A stretch of 64,000 nucleotides of DNA from Ostrea edulis (Eukaryota): assembly GCF_947568905.1 (NCBI RefSeq), contig NC_079172.1, positions 4,340,001-4,404,000 of the forward strand, given 5' to 3'. Both the position numbers and the translations under genes were made by a program. This document shows, in pieces, positions 28,501-38,812 of the stretch (positions within the stretch are counted from its first letter, which is position 1; the number at the start of each line of letters is the position of its first letter). The notes beneath the pieces were generated by a model. That model searched no databases and had not been told where the DNA came from. It was given only the letters and a program-made list of their open reading frames with translations.

Positions 28501-29790
28501 ACCAGATGGTCCTGCTGCTTTGCCAACACCCATTTTACTGATTGCTTTTGTGATCATCTCCCGGGTAATAGGGTTACTAGGTCCTTCCACAGGAGGTTCA
28601 TCTGACAGCTCATCAGGGTTCCATGGGAATTCAACGTTCAGTAGGCGCTCATAGTGCTGCTTCCATGACTGTTTCTTCGCTTCATCATCCAATGAGAGTT
28701 CACCAGAGTCGTTCCTTATTGGTTTCTCACCCAAGACATCTTGATTGTCACGGCGCATCTGTTTTGCGAGCTTGTAGATGTCACTTGACTTGGGGTTTAT
28801 TTTAAGAAAAACATTTTTATCGGCCTCTGACTTCAATCAATCAATCAATATTTAGCTATCGGAGGAGGGAACTATTTAGCGGAGACACTTTCAATCCGGG
28901 TGGCGAGGTTTTGTCCTTCTGTGGCATTCAAAATTATAGAAATGACTCACAGATCGACAAAGTTAGAATTAAAACATTTCGCAGAGTATTATAACGCAAT
29001 CAATGTGGAGTAAATACAGGGTTGCAGAGTGAATTTTTAGACAATTACTATTTAGCCAACATTACAGAAATTGTCATTCGCATGTTTCGTCACTTCCATC
29101 AAAAATATGAAGATAACGAACTGTGATCGATCTCATAATTTAAAATCCTATAAAAATACAGAATCTACAGCAGGACAAACACGGGTCCCTGCAAACATGA
29201 GATATGGGACCAGGTGCCTAGGATATGATAGGGTACTAGCATTGTTTTTTCTTTTTTATACAGGTGCTAAATTGTCCTTCAAAGCCCACAGCGTATCACT
29301 CCCTGTTTATAACAAAAAGTCGTGTGCGAAGATATACGGAACGAGGGACATAGGAGAAAGAATATGTGCAGGATATTTGTATAATGGGAAGGGAATTTGT
29401 AAGGTATGGTCATCCTAAACTAGTTCGTAATCGTATTTCCTAACTTTACAGTTTTTATCGGAGCATTTAAATTTCTATCTTTATTTTCTGTCTCAAATTT
29501 GCTTGAACTTTGTATAAGGAACAATTATAATGTTTATACACGTACATAATTTTAACTGCTTCATATAAAATTTCCTATTTACCTGTACATGTAGAATTCA
29601 AACTAAACACATTCAGATTCTATTTTAGGGAGATAGCGGTGGTCCATTAACTTGTAGGAACAAAGATGGTCAGTGGATCCAAGTGGGTGTGGCTTCGTTT
29701 TCCAGTCGGGACCGCCCCGGAAGTTACCCCGCTGTATTTACACGTGTTTCAGCATATTTAGACTGGATAAAGAAAACAATAAAGGGATGA
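25597..29790 (+). CDS. Secreted S1A serine protease, chymotrypsin-like (303 aa); exons 25597-25651, 25805-26009, 26247-26431, 26877-27041, 29264-29403, 29629-29790
   Basis: Signal peptide [19 protein letters not shown]; RHRR/VIGG activation site; triad TAAHC, HDIAL, GDSGGP; phases consistent. Confidence 0.93.
26506..26728. repeat. 38-bp minisatellite, ~6 copies, protease intron 3
   Basis: Unit AATTAGTAGCATTGCTGAGTATTGCCTGATATCTATAG. Confidence 0.95.
27361..27544 (+). mobile_element. SINE family A (MetaSINE-like), 3' part with (CAAT)n tail
   Basis: GAGGCCCCGTGTCACAGTAGGTGTGACATGATCAAGG central domain; same family at 30112, 42325 and 51018. MetaSINE assignment is from recall. Confidence 0.65.
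27545..28833 (-). mobile_element. 5'-truncated, internally deleted RTE-clade non-LTR retrotransposon
   Basis: ORF pieces with [56 protein letters not shown]; (ATG)n 3' tail; frameshifts. Confidence 0.88.
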
Positions 29791-30111
29791 ATTCTGTGAA
29801 ATCCATTATCTTGAACATTTTTATAAAATCATTTTCTCTTCGAAATACAATTGACAAATAATTAGGAAAACTATACGTCTTGTAAAATAGGAATAATCAA
29901 TCCATGTAAAGCAATGTCCAAATCATTCAAATGACGTTGTTTCAATGAAATTAATATAAAAATATCCTATGCAAGTACAATATTTAAATGTTTAATTAAA
30001 GCCCGAATAATACTCTAACATTGCAATGTTATATGATATGTGGTAGATAACACATCACCACAACCCACAACAGTTTATATGTTATAGGGAGAAGCTGAAA
30101 CAAGCAAAGAA

Positions 30112-30365
30112 GATTGATTGTATATTGTTTAAAGTCCCTCTCGAGAATGTTTCACTCACATGGAGATGTCACCATTGTCGGTGAAGGGCTGCAAAATTTA
30201 GGCCCATTCTCGGCGCCTACGACCTTTTAGCAGGGAGATATCTTTATCGTGTCGCACCTGCTGTGACACGGAGTATCAGTTTTTGCTGTCTCATCCGTAG
30301 GACCGCCCCATTTAATCGCCTCTTACAGCAAGAAAGGGGTACCTATTTTAATTCGGATCCCCCAC
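30112..30365 (-). mobile_element. SINE family A (MetaSINE-like)
   Basis: Reverse complement of the 27361 copy plus upstream GTAAGAGGCGATTAAA; (ATTG)n tail. Confidence 0.7.
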
Positions 30366-30377
30366 GGCAAAGAAAAG

Positions 30378-30575
30378 ATTGATTGATTGATTGTTTGCTG
30401 TTTTCTGCCACACTCAACAATTTTTCAGTTATCTGGTGGTGCCCAGTTTTTATTGGTGGAAGAGAGAACCCAGATACAATGTACCTGGGAAGAGACTACC
30501 GACCTTTCTAAAGTAAACTGGGAAACTTTCTCACTTACCGGCGCGAGCGGGATTCGAACGCGCGCCGACCAGAGA
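30378..30575 (-). mobile_element. SINE family B (tRNA-derived), 5'-partial
   Basis: Near-identical to 37414-37654; B-box GTTCGAATCCC on the minus strand. Confidence 0.7.
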
Positions 30576-31027
30576 AAAGACGAGAAAACACAGAAAAGGT
30601 GTATATACATGTATCTGTATGACCTTACCGACGGAAACCCTTAAACATGTACAGTTACTAGTATTTATTATACCAAGGAAATGATTTAATCAGTTCACTC
30701 GGGTTTCAGTTATATCTGATTTTAACATAGAGACATTATTTGTCGATATGCGCATCTGGTGCATCAAAATTGGAACCGTATAAGTTTTACATTATGACCC
30801 CTGGTTCGAGGCCTCTGCTGGTGGATTGTTAGTCCCCGAGGGTCTCTACAGCCCAGTAGCTAAGTACTTCGTTACTAGCTTGAAAATACGGATGTATATT
30901 TTTAAAATTGCTGTTATAAAATTTAGAAATTCATTTCAAAATTAAGGATTATCTCTCTCATGCATAGCTCTTATCCTTGGACGAATTTGACTTCACTTTT
31001 TGGGCACGCTGTTTTTGGCTATATTTA

Positions 31028-31913
31028 CAGTTAATTCTCAAATTATCGCCACTCAAGTCATCGCCATTTTCGTTATAACGCCGCATTTTTCTAAGAACGT
31101 TTTTCCTATTACTTAAAATTCTCGTTAAAACGCCAAATTCGCTATTGCCATTTGCCACGGTATTTTTAGTACAAAAGTCTATATCGAAGTGTTAATTATC
31201 TCAATAAACCGCCATGGGTGCACGTGATCGGTGATGTGGGAAATTGGTCATTATCGATCGCCGGCGTACACCTGGACAAGAAGGTACCCAGTATTGAATA
31301 AACAAGATAATTACTTAATATGAACCGTAGTCTTGTTGTTTTTACTTCATCAAAAAATATTTCAGTTTAGCTATGGCTTCACCACAAAAGAAGTTTCTGT
31401 TGAATTGCTAAGAAAACAAGCAAATCATTACATATATGTACCACGGAAACCATCCGAAATGTACACAACAGGAAATATCCAATTATTCTACTGTTTTATG
31501 GGCAAAGTCCATAAAAAGGAGGACAATGGGTGATATTTTGGCTGCAAAGGGTGAAATACTCGTTGATCTTCATCCAGTTAATGACGGCTCACCTACCAGG
31601 AAACAGCCATGCGTTGTGCTAAATACCGACACTGGACATGGTTTATAATTAACTGTGTATATGTGTCTTGTATGTGTATTCTTTTGAAATGGAGACTTAT
31701 TATTGATAAAACTATTTTAATAATGCTAGAAAATTTGGAAAAATAATTACGAGATATTTTTTTTAAATTTAGTTTTTACGTAAAGGAAAGATAACTCTTA
31801 CATATACAAGAAAAGTAACTCTTTCTCCCCAAGAAATTCAATTCATCGCCAAATTCGTTAAAACGCCATAAATTCAAAAGAACAAAAGGTGGCGGTTTAT
31901 CGAGAGTTGACTG
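31028..31913. mobile_element. 886-bp Tc1/mariner-superfamily (pogo/Tigger-like) MITE with TA TSD
   Basis: TIRs CAGTTAATTCTCAAATTATCGCCAC / CAGTCAACTCTCGATAAACCGCCAC (18/25), TA on both sides. Confidence 0.75.
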
Positions 31914-31961
31914 TAGATCTAAAACTTCATAGTTATTTCGAATTTCAAACACTTCGGTTGA

Positions 31962-32005
31962 GCATCACTGAAGAGACATTATTTGTCGAAATGCGCATCT
32001 GGTGT
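31962..32005 (+). ncRNA. Minimal type I hammerhead ribozyme
   Basis: Stem I GCAUCA/UGGUGU, core CUGAAGA, stem II GACA-UUAUU-UGUC, GAAA, palindromic stem III AUGCGCAU, cleavage triplet AUC (cut after 31999). Confidence 0.85.
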
Positions 32006-32569
32006 ATCAAAATTGGTACCGTATAAGTTTTACATGTTGGTACATAAGATGTATATAGGATACTGTTGAGCGCACGATCTGATAGCCTAACGTTAGACAT
32101 TGATAAGTTGCCCTTCAAAAACCAACAACTGGTTTTTCTGAATTTCATCTACGTTATTATTTAAAATTTATCCTAAGATATGGCAAGAAATTGATATAGA
32201 TAATCGGAGTACAGTTAAGAATATTATGCAATTTTCTCTTTTTACCCCCTTCCCAACACACAAGATGAGATAATTGAGAGAAATAACAGATTTGTACGCC
32301 TATCTTGCCAACGAAGGCAGGAGAAGTCAAATAAACCGATCAGGAAATGCTACAAAACTAATCTGATCAGGACATGTTATACTATCTTACGGTAATCCCG
32401 CGTAATGGCGTAAACATGTTACAATATTGTTTAAGAAATTGCTGAGCAAAAATACATTTCATGGATGACCGAAAGGGGATGCTCTGTTTGATATGTAAAC
32501 TAATAAACGCATTTACAAGGAATTAGGATGGTCATTTATTGAGAAAAAGTTATTTTAACGACAAACTAA

Positions 32570-33092
32570 CAATTCAACTTTATGACAAACGGGATGATTT
32601 CAGCTTTTCCAATGTCATCTTCCCATATTTATATGTAACAATATTCCATTATCACCTGCATATGGTGTTTTTATCTCTCAACTGATTCGATAGATACGTA
32701 AGAGCTTGTTCTGTGTTTGATAAAAAAAAAATTAATGGGACAGGCGATTAACAAACAAAATGATGTTTCAGGGGTTTCAACAGTCTCCTTTAAAGTCAGC
32801 ATTTTGCAAATTCTATGGTTATAATGATCTAGTTTGCCATTACAACTTGTCATTGGGTCAAATGTTGTGTGACGTGTTGCATACCAATTGTTAGGCCGTT
32901 CTTGCAACACTGATTCTGACTACGATCAAGATATTCGACTCGCGGTGGGTGTGACCAGTCGACAGGGGATGTTTACTCCTCCTAAGCACCTGATCCCACC
33001 TCTGGTATATCCAGGGTTCCGTGTTTGCCTACTCTCTAGTATGTATTGCTTATAGGAGATTGATCACTGTTCTTTATCTTAACATTTTCATG
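32570..33092 (+). mobile_element. Penelope-like retroelement RT C-terminal relic plus 3' module
   Basis: Broken translation QLYDKRDDFSFS..PAYGVFISQLIR..KSAFCKFYG.YNDLVC. Confidence 0.65.
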
Positions 33093-34263
33093 ACAGTGTA
33101 ATTACACACAATAAAAATACAATACACAAACACAAACTAATCATAAAATGAGAAATATGGAAAGATTGTGTGAAACAACTTTGACAATACAAAAGTTAGA
33201 GATAGATAACACTATATCATTCCCCACGATGCATGCTTAAGTAGAACGTTAATCGTCCTTAGCCAAAAGAAAGGAATGATATGCAATGATTTGACAACCA
33301 AATACATGTACATATTATTTTTTGATTTTGTCAATATGAAATGATAATCTTTGATTATGTCATAGCTGCTTGTCGAGATATGAATTTAGAATATGATCGT
33401 AAACTGATAAGCCTCTCTTGTTAGTACAGTCTCGAACTCGTATTTTGGAGGTAGGTTTACTGTGTTGAATTGTATGTTCTTTCACCTCCCCTCCAGAAGA
33501 ATAAAGGGTTCTTTATCGTGCCGTCACCTACCGAGACGTGGATCGTCACTTGTTAAGGTCTTGTCTGAAATACTCAACTAACTTTAAAAGAAATAGTCCA
33601 TTCTTGAACTCCACAGCATTACATTTGAGTTTAAGCAAAACAATTGCAATCTTTGAAGTCTTCGTGCTTAATCACTGTATAAATTATATCATATGTAAGA
33701 ATACTTTTGCTAAGCAGGGTCTAACATCATGTGTTATATTTACGTTTATGGAAATAGAATACTGTGGATTCATCAATATTCGTGGGCATCAAATTTCGTG
33801 AATTTGTCAAAACCTACAATCTCGTTAACACACAATTTCGTGAAAAGCAACTGCATGTTCTTTCTTAATGACCAAGAATTGTACTTCGGTATAACCATGC
33901 AAATAACGAAATTTGGTACTCAGCGAAAAACTGATACCACCACATACTGCTGCTCCGTGTACCAATGTCTTATCACCAGAGGTTTCTGTGACCCTAATTC
34001 TTCCTGAAGCAGTAGTGCTATGAACATTATGGTAAGCACGTGTATGTTTAAATGTATTTTTACAGATACGATGCGGTAGTTCTATATTTTACAGCATCTC
34101 TTTCCTCAGAATGAAGTTAACTTTAGGCATCGTTGTTACATAGAATCTCAAAGTTATTGTACTTGGTACCAAATCTTTTCAACCTGGTCTACAAGCTGTT
34201 GACTCACGTTAATTGTTTGTCTCGTTATGCTCTTTAAGTGAAGTACTCCTGGATACGTTTGAT

Positions 34264-34346
34264 TACATCGAGCCTCTTCACATCGTCATGTTGCATGGAG
34301 CTATAGCGTTCCATACAATATGTCGTTATTGAAGAGGCTCGATGTA
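34264..34346. other. 83-nt near-perfect hairpin upstream of the C1qDC gene
   Basis: 17-bp perfect arms TACATCGAGCCTCTTCA / TGAAGAGGCTCGATGTA plus inner pairing and a central GCTATAGC palindrome. Confidence 0.85.
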
Positions 34347-34654
34347 TCTACTCTCATACACTTTCAAAAATCTGAAAGAGATTTCTTACATTTGCAGTTT
34401 AATTATTTTGATAATAATTAAACCCGTGTGATGATTAGCCTACATATAGATTATATCAAGTGTAAGCTTAACCAGTGGTTAAATTTAACCAAGGTTTTGA
34501 GCAACCCAGTCCTGTATCATTTAATAAGAATGTTAAGGGAAAACTGAGTGAATGTAAACATTATCGTTTACAAATCTCGTAGCTGAATCACTTTAATTAT
34601 GTGCATGAAGTATCATTAAGATATTTTGGTTTTAGTTCTTCACTGCTCTTGAAA

Positions 34655-35559
34655 ATGGACTACGCACTCCTACTGCTCTGTGGTATTGCATTTGCAATGA
34701 ATTCTGTGAGAGGAAATAGTCTTGACTTTGCAAAATGGCAAACTAAAATTGAGGAGAAAATCTTTTCTCTAGAGAATGAAAATAGAGAACTTAAACATAG
34801 AGTTGATGGATTGGAAAGTCTTTTGAAAGAGTCGGAAATAGAGAGGATTAGAATAGGGAACATTGTCAAACGTCAACAAGAAAGTATGAGGGGCTCTGAC
34901 AACTTACAACAGGACCAGGGATATCCCAGGAATCAAAACGAATTGCAGGGTGACAAAAAGTCGAGTAATGCTACACATCGTAAATGTGACTGTGGTAGTG
35001 AACATACGGAGCGCAGAATGCAGGGAATAGGTAACGAAACTTTGATATTTGATTCCAGTAAATTCTCTATCATTGGAATCACTGGGAAAATTGTTAGTAA
35101 CTACTCTTCGTTACCGTTGCCATTTCAGTGCCACCGACTAGCCATCCAATCACAGAGGCTGTAATATTTCACAGTCACATGTCACAAAGTAGTCCCACCA
35201 ACTTGGCTGCACACCACATTCTCCAATTTGATGTTAATTCTGTTAACAAAGGGAGTGGATATCACGTAGATAATGGAATATTCGAGTCACCAAGAGCGGG
35301 AACATATGTCTTCTTTTGGTCAATATATACGTACCCCAGAGGAATAATCCGCACGGAGTTAGTTGTCAATGGTAACGTTATTGGTGGCGCGCTGGCAGAC
35401 AGTCACCCTGATGATGGAATAATGAGTGCTACTGGTGTTGCCATGACAGAGTTATCTATTGGAGACCATGTGTACGTTAGACTTGCTTACACTGCTATCA
35501 ACTACATTCTTAGTGAAGCAGACGGCAGATCTACATTCTCGGGTTGGCTTTTGCATTAA
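34655..35559 (+). CDS. C1q domain-containing protein (signal peptide, coiled coil, gC1q; 268 aa); exons 34655-35030, 35129-35559
   Basis: Signal MDYALLLLCGIAFAMNSVRG; heptad LENENRELKHRVDGLE; gC1q motifs FDVNSVNKGSGY..GIFESPRAGTYVFFW, GDHVYV, STFSGWLL; phase 1 intron. Confidence 0.92.
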
Positions 35560-36115
35560 ACACATTAATGGAAGTAATGGTCTTGTCAACTTCAATAAAC
35601 TAATGAAGAAAACATTCGAACTTTTTCTCCTACACCGATATTACATGTACATGCAAATACCGCTGTGGTACCCCAGTCGGTTGTTGAAATATGCTGTAAT
35701 TGTCCATGTTTAAAGACGAACGTCGGAGATCTTTCGTATGAGGTTTTGTGTCACTATCCGTAACTGATGTCTGACGCCTCGATATGGATGAAATGTTCTC
35801 AATGGGACATTAAGCAAGTACATAAAATGATTAATGTCAACCAATTTGCGGGAAAAAATTTGACCCGAGGCTGTGGAAGAAAGATGTTAACTCCATCGCG
35901 AATATTGGTAAATCGCAAATGAAAAGACGTACAAGGATACTCAGATATTCAGCTCAACACATAAGACTCGTATTGTAGCAGTATTATATATTAACTTCTA
36001 AAATGAGGGTTCCGTTTCTGTATTTCTAACGTTAACAAACAAAAAGAAGGAAACATCGACATGGTAACAGCAAGAACTTTAATATTATAATTTACAACAG
36101 TAAAAACTATCACTA

Positions 36116-36700
36116 TAATTATACTCGCACTTTCTTAGGAAAGTTCGGGTATATTGTTCTTACTCTGGTCCGTCCGTCCTTCTGTCACATTTCCTTCTTC
36201 CTCAAATTCTTTTATTTTAAGCAGTAACCAATTAATATTTTGGAATATGATAGGTTGTGTCCTGTAGATGTGCAACAAGGTTTCGGAATTTTCAATTTTA
36301 CCCTGGGGGATGTTTTATTCTCAAATTCATTTTTAAAAAAAACAAACATGTTTCCTAGAACTCCTCATACATTTTATGCAATAACCACATCATATTTTGG
36401 AAGATGATTGATGGTGTCCTGTAGATGTGCAATAAAGTTTTGGAATTTCCATTTTCATCCTGGGGGCCAAATGGAGGTTAGAAAACAAACAACGAGGTTT
36501 TTATTTTTAAAAAACCCTGATATCCAGAAGCCCTCTTACATAACCAGTAGTAAAATCATCTTTTGAAAAGTAATGGTGGTGTCCTATAGATGTGCAATAA
36601 GGTTTTGGATTTTCCTTTTCACTCTGGGGGCCAATTAGGGTGGTTGAAAAACGAAATTTTTTCTAAAGAAAAACCTGGTTCCCAGGACAGGATACCAAAG
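36116..36700 (+). mobile_element. Degenerate HINE with ~3 tandem ~150-165 bp units
   Basis: 5' subterminal palindrome, GTCC repeats, recurring GTGTCCTGTAGATGTGCAA. Confidence 0.55.
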
Positions 36701-37214
36701 TAAATATCTAATCATAATTAAATATGAATTATTATACACCCATAAGTGTCCAATTCGGGAGCAGAAATTCAAAACAATTTTTTCTCATTTTCAAAAACAA
36801 AAATCTTCCCTCCACGACTCTTTCTCAAAACTTTTTTTCTTTATCAAGTTATGAATATATTACATTAAATACACACCAATATAAGAGGGCAGTTGCATTA
36901 AACTACCACATTTTCAAAATTACCGCCATTCTCACTATCATGTCTCAATAGTATACATTATCTGTACCGTTAGTCAGCACCTTATGAGTGTACATATATC
37001 GTCCCTGTAGTAAAATTTATGATACTTCAATATTCCAAAAATAACATGGGACCATGAATCTGTAGCGTATGTTACTATGGTTTGCTGAAATATTTTTGTA
37101 TGGATAGCCTTCCATTCTGCTCGCACAAAAGTACAAACTATTCCACGGACTCTGCTGAGAGTCTGGCAAACAAACAAAACACAACGTAATGTAATACAAC
37201 AATCAAATCTGGGT

Positions 37215-37810
37215 GAAAGGTTAAGATAACGAGCAGGGATCAATCTCATAGATCCCATAAAAATACAAAAATAAGAGCAGGGCAAACATGGGCCCCTAGA
37301 CAACTCAGAAGTAGGACAAGGTGTCGAGGAGGAGTAAGCATCCCCTGTTGACCGGTCACACCCGTCCTGAATCTTTATCGTGTAAACAGAGTAATCCGTA
37401 GTCAAAGTTAGTATATTGATTGATTGATGTTTTCCGCCACACTCAACAATTTTTCAGTTATCTGGTGGCGCCCAGTTTTTATTGGTGGAAGAGAGAACCC
37501 AGATACAATGTACCTGGGAAGAGACCACCGACCTTCCGAAAGTAAACTAGGAAATTTTCTCACTTACCAGCGCGAGCGGGATTCGAACCCGCACCGACAG
37601 AAGTGAGAGGATGTGTGATTTTGAGCGCGATGCTCTAACCACTCGACCATGGAGGAATGGCCAAACGATTATTAGAAACAAGTCAAACAGCATTCGACCT
37701 AACGACAGGTTGTATTTGCAAATAGTATCATAATAACGACCATAGAATGTACGAAATGCTGACTTCAAACCAGACTGCTGGAACATCATTTTGTTTGTCA
37801 TTAGCTTGCC
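37215..37810 (-). mobile_element. Penelope-like family fragment interrupted by the SINE at 37414-37654
   Basis: Minus-strand translation QQSGLKSAFRTFYGRYYDTICKYNLSLG at 37660-37800; 3' module at 37215-37405. Confidence 0.6.
37414..37654 (-). mobile_element. Full-length SINE family B (tRNA-derived, (CAAT)n tail)
   Basis: A-box TGGTCGAGTGG, B-box GGTTCGAATCCC, body ...CCACCAATAAAAACTGGGCGCCACCAGATAACTG..., CAAT tail. Confidence 0.8.
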
Positions 37811-37939
37811 TCGATTTGGAAAGTTTTGGTGTATAATATAAAAACTAGAGAAATATGTTTTGTCTTAAAACCATCGTTTTCAATTCCTATATAACAACGG
37901 GTTAAAAATCTGTTCCGGATTATTCTACTATCTCTTAGT

Positions 37940-38325
37940 TAACTAGGATACTGGTACCAGAGAAAATCGTAGTTAACTAGGGCATTGGTACAAGGACAAG
38001 AGAAAGTCATGGTTGACAAGAATATTGGTACAAGAGTAACTCCTGATGGACTGGGATGTTGGTACAAGGACAAGAGAAACTCGTGGTTGACTGGGATATT
38101 GGTACAGAGGCAAGAGAAACTCGTGGTTGACTGGGATCTTGTTACAGGAGCAAGAGAAACTCGTGGTTGACTGGGATGTTGGTACAAGGACAAGAGAAAC
38201 TCGTGGTTGACTGGGATGTTGGTACAAGGACAAGAGAAACTCGTGGTTGACTGGGATGTTGATACAGGGGCAAGATAAACTCGTGGTTGACTGGAATGTT
38301 GGTACAAGAACATGAGAAATTCGTG
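37940..38325. repeat. 40-bp minisatellite, ~9 copies
   Basis: Unit CTGGGATGTTGGTACAAGGACAAGAGAAACTCGTGGTTGA. Confidence 0.93.
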
Positions 38326-38812
38326 ATTGCGTAATGATTTAGAAGATCGGGTGAGAATTGTTAGTAAACGGTGTTCTATAGATCCAACGACATATGTACA
38401 ACAAATTACATTCACACGTGTACAGAGAAGTATTAAGACATTGGGGTTCTTCATGTGATATATCAAATTACAAACTATGCAAGGCAAATTCTTTGTGGAT
38501 TTCATGAATGTGTTTTATTGTGTTAAAGTCTACTATAACACAAGACCTCAGTTTTGTTAAGATCTCAACCACAGGACCAGCAATTTAACTTCCCTTTAGC
38601 ATTTGATTAGTAATAAATACATATTGGTTTCAAAGTAATACATGTATATCAACAGGTGCTCCTCTTCACGAAAACGGTTGGGATACAAAATCAATAGTTT
38701 TATTTTTTGCAAATTCAGCAGGTTTAACAATCAGAGTGGTACATTCTTGAATGTAGGCAGATTGTAGAGCAGTTTCTGGGTGTATATAGGTCCATGAGCA
38801 TATTGCATTTTC

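Larger units (their letters stand above)
30729..32035 (+). mobile_element. Retrozyme-like element: hammerhead-bearing 64-nt terminal direct repeats (30729-30792, 31972-32035) around a ~355-nt unit, split by a MITE
   Basis: Repeats match at 61/64 nt; removing 31028-31915 restores a contiguous unit. Confidence 0.75.

Noticed and set aside
30722-30762. A second functional hammerhead
   Set aside because: It is 5'-truncated before CUGA and GAAA is mutated to GAUA, so it cannot form the core.
31333-31648. Transposase ORF inside the 886-bp MITE
   Set aside because: The ORFs are short, with no DDE/DDD or HTH motif recognisable.
34601-34654. Longer N-terminus of C1qDC from the ORF track
   Set aside because: It starts at a GTG upstream of a likely acceptor (TTTTAG at ~34635); the ATG at 34655 begins a clean signal peptide.
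37575-37654. tRNA gene (also 897-990)
   Set aside because: A and B boxes are present, but there is no acceptor stem or cloverleaf and the sequence runs into a SINE body and tail.
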